NCBI RefSeq assembly: GCF_009914755.1 | Contig: NC_060930.1 | Source: the human T2T-CHM13v2.0 reference genome, Homo sapiens | DNA: 64,000 nt | Strand: one strand, 5' to 3' | Shown here: positions 53,521 through 64,000 of the stretch, piece by piece | Layout of the letters: each line of letters starts with the position of its first letter | Numbering within the stretch: position 1 is the first letter of the stretch | Position numbers and translations under genes: made by a program | The notes under the pieces: generated by a model | Told to the model about the DNA's origin: nothing | Database searches by the model: none | The model's input: only the letters and a program-made list of their open reading frames with translations

Positions 53521-56071
53521 GCCCACAGTAGAAAAGGAAGTAACTTCACCTAAAACCTAGACAGAAGCAATCACAGAAACTACTTTGTGATGTGTACATT
53601 CAACTCACAGAGTGGAACTTTCCTCTTTATAGAGCAGTGTTGAAACACTCTTTTTGTAGAAACTGCAAGTGGATATTTGGACCTCTTTGAGGCCTTCGTT
53701 GGAAACGGGATTTCTTCCTATAACCCTAGACAGAAGAATTTTCAGAAACCTCATTGTGATGTGTGCGTTCATCTCACAGAGTGGAGTCTTCCGTTTGATA
53801 GAGAAGTTTTGAAACCCTGTTCTTGTAGGATTTCCAAGTGGATATTTAGACCACTTTGAAGCCTATGATAGAAAAGGAAACATCTTCATGGAAAACATAG
53901 ATAGAATCATCCTCAGAAACAACTTTGTGATGTGTGCGTTGAACTCACCGTCTTTAACCTTTCTTTTGGTAGAGAAGTTTTGAAACACTCTCTTTGTAAA
54001 GTCTACAAGTGGATATTTTGAGCCCTTGGAGGCATTCTTTGGAAAAGGGAATGTCTTCACATAAAAGGCAGACGGAAGTGTTCTCAGAAACTGCTTTGTG
54101 ATGTCTGTGTTCAACTCACAGAGTTTAACATTTCCTTTGATAGAGCGGTTTAGTAACCCTCTCTTTGTAGAATTTGGAAGTGTATACTAAGAGCGCTTTG
54201 AGGCCTATGGTAGAAAAGGAAATATCTTTCCATAAAAGCTAGACAGAAGCAATCTCAGAAACTCCTCTGTGATGTCTGCATTCAACTCACCGAGTGGAAC
54301 ATTCCTCTTGAGAGAGCAGTTTGGAAACACTCTTTCTGTAGAATCAGCTTGTTTGTATTTGGACCTCCTTGAGGCCTTCGTTGGAAACGGGTTTTCATCT
54401 TATAAACCCAGACAGAAGAATTCTCAGAGTCTTCTTTGTGATGTGTGCTTTCAACTCACCGAGATAAAGATTTCTCTTGATAGAGCAATTTGGAAACACT
54501 CTTTTTGTAGAATTTGCAAGGGTACATTGAGAGCGCTTTCAGGCCTATGGTAGAAAAGGGAATATCTTTCCATAAAAGGTAGACAGAAGCAATCTCAGAA
54601 ACTACTTTGTGATGTGTGCATTCAACTCACCGAGTGCAACGTTCCTCTTGACCGAGCAGTTTGGAAACATTGTTTCTGTAGAATCTGCAAGTGGATATTT
54701 GGACCTCTTTGAGGCCTTCGTTGGAAACGGGATTTCTTCCTATAAACCCAGACAGAAGAATTCTCAGAGACTTCTTTGTGATGTGTGAATTCAACTCACA
54801 GTGTGGATCCTTCCTTTTGATAGAGCAGTTTTGAAACCCTGTTTTTGTAGTATTTCCAAGCGGATATTTGGAACGCCTTGAAGCGTATGGTAGAAAAGGA
54901 AATATCTTCCCATAAAACCTAGACAGAACCAATCTCAGAAACGACTTTGTGATGTCTGCATTCAAGTCACAGAGTTGAACATTTCTCTTGATAGAGCAGT
55001 TTTGAAACCCTCTTTCTGAAGGATCTGCAAGTGGATATTTGGAACTCCTTTGGGTCTTCGTTGGAAACGGGATTTCTTCGTATAAATCTAGACAGAAGAA
55101 TTCTCAGAAACTTCCTTGTGATGTGTGCATTCAACTCAGCGAGTGGCACCTTCCTTTGGATACAGCAGTTTTGAAACACTGTTTTTGTAGTATTTCCAAG
55201 CGGATATTTAGAGCGCCTTGAAGCCTATGCTAGAAATGGAAATATCTCCCCATAAAACCAAGACGGAAGCAATCTCAGAAACTAATGTGTGATGGCTGCA
55301 TTCCACACACACGGTGGACCATTTCTCTTGATAGAGCAGTTTTGAAACACTCTTTCTGTAGAATCTGCAAGTGGATAATTGGACCTCCTAGAGGCCTTCG
55401 TTGGAAACGGGATTTCTTCATCTAAACCTACAGAGAAGTATTCTCAGTAACTTCTTCGGATGTGTGCATTCGACGCACAGAATGGAACATTCCCTTTGAT
55501 AGAGCAGTTTTGAGACACCGTTTTTGTAGAATTCCCAAGTGGATATTTAGAGCACTTTGAAGTCTCTGCTAGAAAAGGAAACATCTTCATGTAAAAAGTA
55601 GATAGAATCGTTCTCAGAAAGTGCTTAGTGTCGTGTGCGTTCAACTCACAGAGTTTAACGTTTCTTTTGATAGAGCGTTTCTGAAACACCCTTCTTGTAG
55701 TAGCTGCAAGTGGATATTTGGACCTATTGGAGGCCTTCTTTGGAAATGGGATTTCTTCATGTAACTCTAGATTGAAGAATTCTCAGAAACTCCTTTGTGA
55801 TGTGTGCATTCAATTCAAAGAGTGAAACCTCTCTTTTCACAGAGCAGTTTTGAAACACTGTTTTTGTAGGATTTCCAAGGGGATATTTATAGCGCATTGA
55901 GCCTACGGCGGAAAAAGAAACATCTTCCTATAAAAACTAGACAGAATACTTCTCAGAATCTGCTTTGCGATGTGTGCGTTCAACTCACAGAGTAAAACTT
56001 TTCTTTTGATAGAGCAGTTTTGAAACACTCTTTTTGTAGTATTTGCATGTGTATATTTAGAGCGCATTGAA
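53521..56071 (+). repeat. HOR U20: 15-mer, 2,551 bp
   Basis: Spacing 53677->56228. Confidence 0.93.
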
Positions 56072-59000
56072 GCCCACAGTAGAAAAGGAAATAACTTCAC
56101 CTAAAACCTAGACAGAAGCAATCTCAGAAACTACTTTGTGATGTGTACATTCAACTCACAGAGTGGAACTTTCCTCTTTATAGAGCAGTGTTGAAACACT
56201 CTTTTTGTAGAAACTGCAAGTGGATATTTGGACCTCTTTGAGGCCTTCGTTGGAAACGGGATTTCTTCCTATAACCCTAGACAGAAGAATTTTCAGAAAC
56301 CTCATTGTGATGTGTGCGTTCATCTCACAGAGTGGAGTCTTCCGTTTGATAGAGAAGTTTTGAAACCCTGTTCTTGTAGGATTTCCAAGTGGATATTTAG
56401 ACCACTTTGAAGCCTATGATAGAAAAGGAAACATCTTCATGGAAAACATAGATAGAATCATCCTCAGAAACAACTTTGTGATGTGTGCGTTGAACTCACC
56501 GTCTTTAACCTTTCTTTTGGTAGAGAAGTTTTGAAACACTCTCTTTGTAAAGTCTACAAGTGGATATTTTGAGCCCTTGGAGGCATTCTTTGGAAAAGGG
56601 AATGTCTTCACATAAAAGGCAGACGGAAGTGTTCTCAGAAACTGCTTTGTGATGTCTGTGTTCAACTCACAGAGTTTAACATTTCCTTTGATAGAGCGGT
56701 TTAGTAACCCTCTCTTTGTAGAATTTGGAAGTGTATACTAAGAGCGCTTTGAGGCCTATGGTAGAAAAGGAAATATCTTTCCTTAAAAGCTAGACAGAAG
56801 CAATCTCAGAAACTCCTCTGTGATGTCTGCATTCAACTCACCGAGTGGAACATTCCTCTTGATAGAGCAGTTTGGAAACACTCTTTCTGTAGAATCAGCT
56901 TGTTTGTATTTGGACCTCCTTGAGGCCTTCGTTGGAAACGGGTTTTCATCTTATAAACCCAGACAGAAGAATTCTCAGAGTCTTCTTTGTGATGTGTGCT
57001 TTCAACTCACCGAGATAAAGATTTCTCTTGATAGAGCAATTTGGAAACACTCTTTTTGTAGAATTTGCAAGGGTACATTGAGAGCGCTTTCAGGCCTATG
57101 GTAGAAAAGGGAATATCTTTCCATAAAAGGTAGACAGAAGCAATCTCAGAAACTACTTTGTGATGTGTGCATTCAACTCACCGAGTGCAACGTTCCTCTT
57201 GACCGAGCAGTTTGGAAACATTGTTTCTGTAGAATCTGCAAGTGGATATTTGGACCTCTTTGAGGCCTTCGTTGGAAACGGGATTTCTTCCTATAAACCC
57301 AGACAGAAGAATTCTCAGAGACTTCTTTGTGATGTGTGAATTCAACTCACAGTGTGGATCCTTCCTTTTGATAGAGCAGTTTTGAAACCCTGTTTTTGTA
57401 GTATTTCCAAGCGGATATTTGGAACGCCTTGAAGCGTATGGTAGAAAAGGAAATATCTTCCCATAAAACCTAGACAGAACCAATCTCAGAAACGACTTTG
57501 TGATGTCTGCATTCAACTCACAGAGTTGAACATTTCTCTTGATAGAGCAGTTTTGAAACCCTCTTTCTGAAGGATCTGCAAGTGGATATTTGGAACTCCT
57601 TTGGGTCTTCGTTGGAAACGGGATTTCTTCGTATAAATCTAGACAGAAGAATTCTCCGAAACTTCTTTGGTTGTGTGCATTCAAGTCACAGAGTGGAACC
57701 TTCCTTTGGATAGAGCAGTTTGAAACGCCGTGGTTGTAGTATTTCCAAGCGGATATTAGAGCGCCTTGAGGCCTATGGTAGAAAAGGAAATATCTTCCCA
57801 TAAAACCTAGACGGAAGCAATCTCAGAAACTACTGTGTGATGGCTGCATTCCACACACACGGTGGAACATTTCTCTTGATAGAGCAGTTTTGAAACACTC
57901 TTTCTGTAGAATCTGCAAGTGGATAATTGGACCGCCTTGAGGCCTTCGTTGGAAACGGGATTTCTTCATGTTACTCTAGATAGAAGAATTCTCAAACACT
58001 GCTATGTGATGTTTGCATTCAAGTCACAGAGTGCAACATTCCTCTTGGTAGAGCAGTTGGGAAACACTCCTTTTGTAGAATCTGCAATGGGATATTTGGA
58101 CTTCTTTGAGGCCTTCGTTGGAAACGGGATTTCTTCGTATGAATCTAGACAGAAGAATTCTCAGAAACTTCCTTGTGATGTGTGCATTCAACTCAGCGAG
58201 TGGCACCTTCCTTTGGATACAGCAGTTTTGAAACACTGTTTTTGTAGTATTTCCAAGCGGATATTTAGAGCGCCTTGAAGCCTATGCTAGAAATGGAAAT
58301 ATCTCCCCATAAAACCAAGACAGAAGCAATCTCAGAAACTAATGTGTGATGGCTGCATTCCACACACACGGTGGACCATTTCTCTTGATAGAGCAGTTTT
58401 GAAACACTCTTTCTGTAGAATCTGCAAGTGGATAATTGGACCTCCTAGAGGCCTTCGTTGGAAACGGGATTTCTTCATCTAAACCTACAGAGAAGAATTC
58501 TCAGTAACTTCTTCGGATGTGTGCATTCGACGCACAGAATGGAACATTCCCTTTGATAGAGCAGTTTTGAGACACCGTTTTTGTAGAATTCCCAAGTGGA
58601 TATTTAGAGCACTTTGAAGTCTCTGCTAGAAAAGGAAACATCTTCATGTAAAAAGTAGATAGAATCGTTCTCAGAAAGTGCTTAGTGACGTGTGCGTTCA
58701 ACTCACAGAGTTTAACGTTTCTTTTGATAGAGCGTTTCTGAAACACCCTTCTTGTAGTAGCTGCAAGTGGATATTTGGACCTATTGGAGGCCTTCTTTGG
58801 AAATGGGATTTCTTCATGTAACTCTAGATTGAAGAGTTCTCAGAAACTCCTTTGTGATGTGTGCATTCAATTCAAAGAGTGAAACCTCCCTTTTCACAGA
58901 GCAGTTTTGAAACACTGTTTTTGTAGGATTTCCAAGGGGATATTTATAGCGCATTGAGCCTACGGCGGAAAAAGAAACATCTTCCTATAAAAACTAGACA

Positions 59001-59128
59001 GAATACTTCTCAGAATCTGCTTTGCGATGTGTGCGTTCAACTCACAGAGTAAAACTTTTCTTTTGATAGAGCAGTTTTGAAACACTCTTTTTGTAGTATT
59101 TGCATGTGTATATTTAGAGCGCATTGAA
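56072..59128 (+). repeat. HOR U21: 18-mer, 3,057 bp
   Basis: Spacing 56228->59285. Confidence 0.93.
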
Positions 59129-62100
59129 GCCCACAGTAGAAAAGGAAGTAACTTCACCTAAAACCTAGACAGAAGCAATCACAGAAACTACTTTGTGATG
59201 TGTACATTCAACTCACAGAGTGGAACTTTCCTCTTTATAGAGCAGTGTTGAAACACTCTTTTTGTAGAAACTGCAAGTGGATATTTGGACCTCTTTGAGG
59301 CCTTCGTTGGAAACGGGATTTCTTCCTATAACCCTAGACAGAAGAATTTTCAGAAACCTCATTGTGATGTGTGCGTTCATCTCACAGAGTGGAGTCTTCC
59401 GTTTGATAGAGAAGTTTTGAAACCCTGTTCTTGTAGGATTTCCAAGTGGATATTTAGACCACTTTGAAGCCTATGATAGAAAAGGAAACATCTTCATGGA
59501 AAACATAGATAGAATCATCCTCAGAAACAACTTTGTGATGTGTGCGTTGAACTCACCGTCTTTAACCTTTCTTTTGGTAGAGAAGTTTTGAAACACTCTC
59601 TTTGTAAAGTCTACAAGTGGATATTTTGAGCCCTTGGAGGCATTCTTTGGAAAAGGGAATGTCTTCACATAAAAGGCAGACGGAAGTGTTCTCAGAAACT
59701 GCTTTGTGATGTCTGTGTTCAACTCACAGAGTTTAACATTTCCTTTGATAGAGCGGTTTAGTAACCCTCTCTTTGTAGAATTTGGAAGTGTATACTAAGA
59801 GCGCTTTGAGGCCTATGGTAGAAAAGGAAATATCTTTCCATAAAAGCTAGACAGAAGCAATCTCAGAAACTCCTTTGCGATGTCTGCATTCAACTCACCG
59901 AGTGGAACATTCCTCTTGAGAGAGCAGTTTGGAAACACTCTTTCTGTAGAATCAGCTTGTTTGTATTTGGACCTCCTTGAGGCCTTCGTTGGAAACGGGT
60001 TTTCATCTTATAAACCCAGACAGAAGAATTCTCAGAGTCTTCTTTGTGATGTGTGCTTTCAACTCACCGAGATAAAGATTTCTCTTGATAGAGCAATTTG
60101 GAAACACTCTTTTTGTAGAATTTGCAAGGGTACATTGAGAGCGCTTTCAGGCCTATGGTAGAAAAGGGAATATCTTTCCATAAAAGGTAGACAGAAGCAA
60201 TCTCAGAAACTACTTTGTGATGTGTGCATTCAACTCACCGAGTGCAACGTTCCTCTTGACCGAGCAGTTTGGAAACATTGTTTCTGTAGAATCTGCAAGT
60301 GGATATTTGGACCTCTTTGAGGCCTTCGTTGGAAACGGGATTTCTTCCTATAAACCCAGACAGAAGAATTCTCAGAGACTTCTTTGTGATGTGTGAATTC
60401 AACTCACAGTGTGGATCCTTCCTTTTGATAGAGCAGTTTTGAAACCCTGTTTTTGTAGTATTTCCAAGCGGATATTTGGAACGCCTTGAAGCGTATGGTA
60501 GAAAAGGAAATATCTTCCCATAAAACCTAGACAGAACCAATCTCAGAAACGACTTTGTGATGTCTGCATTCAAGTCACAGAGTTGAACATTTCTCTTGAT
60601 AGAGCAGTTTTGAAACCCTCTTTCTGAAGGATCTGCAAGTGGATATTTGGAACTCCTTTGGGTCTTCGTTGGAAACGGGATTTCTTCGTATAAATCTAGA
60701 CAGAAGAATTCTCCGAAACTTCTTTGGTTGTGTGCATTCAAGTCACAGAGTGGAACCTTCCTTTGGATAGAGCAGTTTGAAACGCCGTGGTTGTAGTATT
60801 TCCAAGCGGATATTAGAGCGCCTTGAGGCCTATGGTAGAAAAGGAAATATCTTCCCATAAAACCTAGACGGAAGCAATCTCAGAAACTACTGTGTGATGG
60901 CTGCATTCCACACACACGGTGGAACATTTCTCTTGATAGAGCAGTTTTGAAACACTCTTTCTGTAGAATCTGCAAGTGGATAATTGGACCGCCTTGAGGC
61001 CTTCGTTGGAAACGGGATTTCTTCATGTTACTCTAGATAGAAGAATTCTCAAACACTGCTATGTGATGTTTGCATTCAAGTCACAGAGTGCAACATTCCT
61101 CTTGGTAGAGCAGTTGGGAAACACTCCTTTTGTAGAATCTGCAATGGGATATTTGGACTTCTTTGAGGCCTTCGTTGGAAACGGGATTTCTTCGTATGAA
61201 TCTAGACAGAAGAATTCTCAGAAACTTCCTTGTGATGTGTGCATTCAACTCAGCGAGTGGCACCTTCCTTTGGATACAGCAGTTTTGAAACACTGTTTTT
61301 GTAGTATTTCCAAGCGGATATTTAGAGCGCCTTGAAGCCTATGCTAGAAATGGAAATATCTCCCCATAAAACCAAGACAGAAGCAATCTCAGAAACTAAT
61401 GTGTGATGGCTGCATTCCACACACACGGTGGACCATTTCTCTTGATAGAGCAGTTTTGAAACACTCTTTATGTAGAATCTGCAAGTGGATAATTGGACCT
61501 CCTAGAGGCCTTCGTTGGAAACGGGATTTCTTCATCTAAACCTACAGAGAAGAATTCTCAGTAACTTCTTCGGATGTGTGCATTCGACGCACAGAATGGA
61601 ACATTCCCTTTGATAGAGCAGTTTTGAGACACCGTTTTTGTAGAATTCCCAAGTGGATATTTAGAGCACTTTGAAGTCTCTGCTAGAAAAGGAAACATCT
61701 TCATGTAAAAAGTAGATAGAATCGTTCTCAGAAAGTGCTTAGTGACGTGTGCGTTCAACTCACAGAGTTTAACGTTTCTTTTGATAGAGCGTTTCTGAAA
61801 CACCCTTCTTGTAGTAGCTGCAAGTGGATATTTGGACCTATTGGAGGCCTTCTTTGGAAATGGGATTTCTTCATGTAACTCTAGATTGAAGAGTTCTCAG
61901 AAACTCCTTTGTGATGTGTGCATTCAATTCAAAGAGTGAAACCTCCCTTTTCACAGAGCAGTTTTGAAACACTGTTTTTGTAGGATTTCCAAGGGGATAT
62001 TTATAGCGCATTGAGCCTATGGCGGAAAAAGAAACATCTTCCTATAAAAACTAGACAGAATACTTCTCAGAATCTGCTTTGCGATGTGTGCGTTCAACTC

Positions 62101-62185
62101 ACAGAGTAAAACTTTTCTTTTGATAGAGCAGTTTTGAAACACTCTTTTTGTAGTATTTGCATGTGTATATTTAGAGCGCATTGAA
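59129..62185 (+). repeat. HOR U22: 18-mer, 3,057 bp
   Basis: Spacing 59285->62342. Confidence 0.93.
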
Positions 62186-64000
62186 GCCCACAGTAGAAAA
62201 GGAAATAACTTCACCTAAAACCTAGACAGAAGCAATCTCAGAAACTACTTTGTGATGTGTACATTCAACTCACAGAGTGGAACTTTCCTCTTTATAGAGC
62301 AGTGTTGAAACACTCTTTTTGTAGAAACTGCAAGTGGATATTTGGACCTCTTTGAGGCCTTCGTTGGAAACGGGATTTCTTCCTATAACCCTAGACAGAA
62401 GAATTTTCAGAAACCTCATTGTGATGTGTGCGTTCATCTCACAGAGTGGAGTCTTCCGTTTGATAGAGAAGTTTTGAAACCCTGTTCTTGTAGGATTTCC
62501 AAGTGGATATTTAGACCACTTTGAAGCCTATGATAGAAAAGGAAACATCTTCATGGAAAACATAGATAGAATCATCCTCAGAAACAACTTTGTGATGTGT
62601 GCGTTGAACTCACCGTCTTTAACCTTTCTTTTGGTAGAGAAGTTTTGAAACACTCTCTTTGTAAAGTCTACAAGTGGATATTTTGAGCCCTTGGAGGCAT
62701 TCTTTGGAAAAGGGAATGTCTTCACATAAAAGGCAGACGGAAGTGTTCTCAGAAACTGCTTTGTGATGTCTGTGTTCAACTCACAGAGTTTAACATTTCC
62801 TTTGATAGAGCGGTTTAGTAACCCTCTCTTTGTAGAATTTGGAAGTGTATACTAAGAGCGCTTTGAGGCCTATGGTAGAAAAGGAAATATCTTTCCATAA
62901 AAGCTAGACAGAAGCAATCTCAGAAACTCCTCTGTGATGTCTGCATTCAACTCACCGAGTGGAACATTCCTCTTGAGAGAGCAGTTTGGAAACACTCTTT
63001 CTGTAGAATCAGCTTGTTTGTATTTGGACCTCCTTGAGGCCTTCGTTGGAAACGGGTTTTCATCTTATAAACCCAGACAGAAGAATTCTCAGAGTCTTCT
63101 TTGTGATGTGTGCTTTCAACTCACCGAGATAAAGATTTCTCTTGATAGAGCAATTTGGAAACACTCTTTTTGTAGAATTTGCAAGGGTACATTGAGAGCG
63201 CTTTCAGGCCTATGGTAGAAAAGGGAATATCTTTCCATAAAAGGTAGACAGAAGCAATCTCAGAAACTACTTTGTGATGTGTGCATTCAACTCACCGAGT
63301 GCAACGTTCCTCTTGACCGAGCAGTTTGGAAACATTGTTTCTGTAGAATCTGCAAGTGGATATTTGGACCTCTTTGAGGCCTTCGTTGGAAACGGGATTT
63401 CTTCCTATAAACCCAGACAGAAGAATTCTCAGAGACTTCTTTGTGATGTGTGAATTCAACTCACAGTGTGGATCCTTCCTTTTGATAGAGCAGTTTTGAA
63501 ACCCTGTTTTTGTAGTATTTCCAAGCGGATATTTGGAACGCCTTGAAGCGTATGGTAGAAAAGGAAATATCTTCCCATAAAACCTAGACAGAACCAATCT
63601 CAGAAACGACTTTGTGATGTCTGCATTCAAGTCACAGAGTTGAACATTTCTCTTGATAGAGCAGTTTTGAAACCCTCTTTCTGAAGGATCTGCAAGTGGA
63701 TATTTGGAACTCCTTTGGGTCTTCGTTGGAAACGGGATTTCTTCGTATAAATCTAGACAGAAGAATTCTCAGAAACTTCCTTGTGATGTGTGCATTCAAC
63801 TCAGCGAGTGGCACCTTCCTTTGGATACAGCAGTTTTGAAACACTGTTTTTGTAGTATTTCCAAGCGGATATTTAGAGCGCCTTGAAGCCTATGCTAGAA
63901 ATGGAAATATCTCCCCATAAAACCAAGACGGAAGCAATCTCAGAAACTAATGTGTGATGGCTGCATTCCACACACACGGTGGACCATTTCTCTTGATAGA
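62186..64000 (+). repeat. HOR U23: partial 15-mer, truncated by window end
   Basis: Carries the standard 15-mer junction TATAAATCTAGACAGAAGAATTCTCAGAAACTTCC at ~63746-63780. Confidence 0.9.

Larger units (their letters stand above)
1..64000 (+). repeat. D6Z1: Centromeric alpha-satellite HOR array, probably human chr6 D6Z1 (S1C6H1L, suprachromosomal family 1)
   Basis: Tandem ~170-bp monomers with alphoid motifs (TTCTCAGAAAC..TTTGTGATGTGTGCATTCAACTCACAGAG, GATAGAGCAGTTTTGAAACACTCTTTTTGTAGAATCTGCAAGTGGATATTTGG) and CENP-B boxes CTTCGTTGGAAACGGGA. HOR of 3,057 bp/18 monomers with one BamHI site per unit. Alpha-satellite identity is certain; the chr6 assignment rests on recalled HOR size and structure. 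Confidence 0.9.

Noticed and set aside
174-63737. CRISPR-like look of the conserved GGCCTTCGTTGGAAACGGGATTTCTTC motif at regular spacing
   Set aside because: It is the CENP-B box region. The intervening DNA is homologous monomer sequence rather than unique spacers, and there are no cas genes.
157-63886. Repeating 60-207 aa ORFs on both strands (e.g. the 207-aa ORF at 3657-4280 on the minus strand)
   Set aside because: They are chance open frames of alpha-satellite: they recur with the HOR, overlap on both strands, often use non-ATG starts, have no recognisable domain and are freely broken by HOR indels. Database hits to similar 'hypothetical proteins' would most likely be alphoid contamination.
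1-64000. Transposon (L1/Alu) insertion, inversion or non-alphoid island
   Set aside because: Every unit length is accounted for by 3057, 3055, 2551 or 2550 bp, all boxes I read are on the same strand, and I saw no poly-A tail or foreign sequence.
1-64000. A novel gene-based biological system, ncRNA gene, promoter or terminator
   Set aside because: Nothing in the sequence supports one. Centromeric transcription is known in general, but no specific transcript or start site can be inferred from this sequence.

Overview
The whole 64-kb window is one uninterrupted, single-orientation array of primate centromeric alpha-satellite DNA (~171-bp monomers with CENP-B boxes). It is organised in higher-order repeats (HORs). 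The 3,057-bp 18-monomer HOR with one BamHI site per unit and mostly alternating A/B monomers best fits the active human chromosome 6 array D6Z1 (S1C6H1L). That assignment comes from recalled properties, not a database search. Phased on GCCCACAGTAGAAAAGG at position 1, there are 22 complete HORs plus a partial one: 12 18-mers (3,057 or 3,055 bp) and 10 complete 15-mers (2,551 bp, one of 2,550 bp). The order is 15,18,18,18,15,15,18,15,15,18,18,18,15,15,18,18,15,15,18,15,18,18,(15). There are no credible genes, RNA genes, transposon insertions or inversions; the listed ORFs are by-products of the repeat. I found no new protein-coding system. What the sequence does show is a readable record of array evolution: a 22,428-bp multi-HOR duplication, a younger nested 11,216-bp tandem duplication, two different 15-mer junctions, SNV haplotypes tightly linked to HOR structure, recombinant or converted units, and older 3-mer and 5-mer duplications inside the HOR. 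Variant calls were made by eye and may be incomplete.
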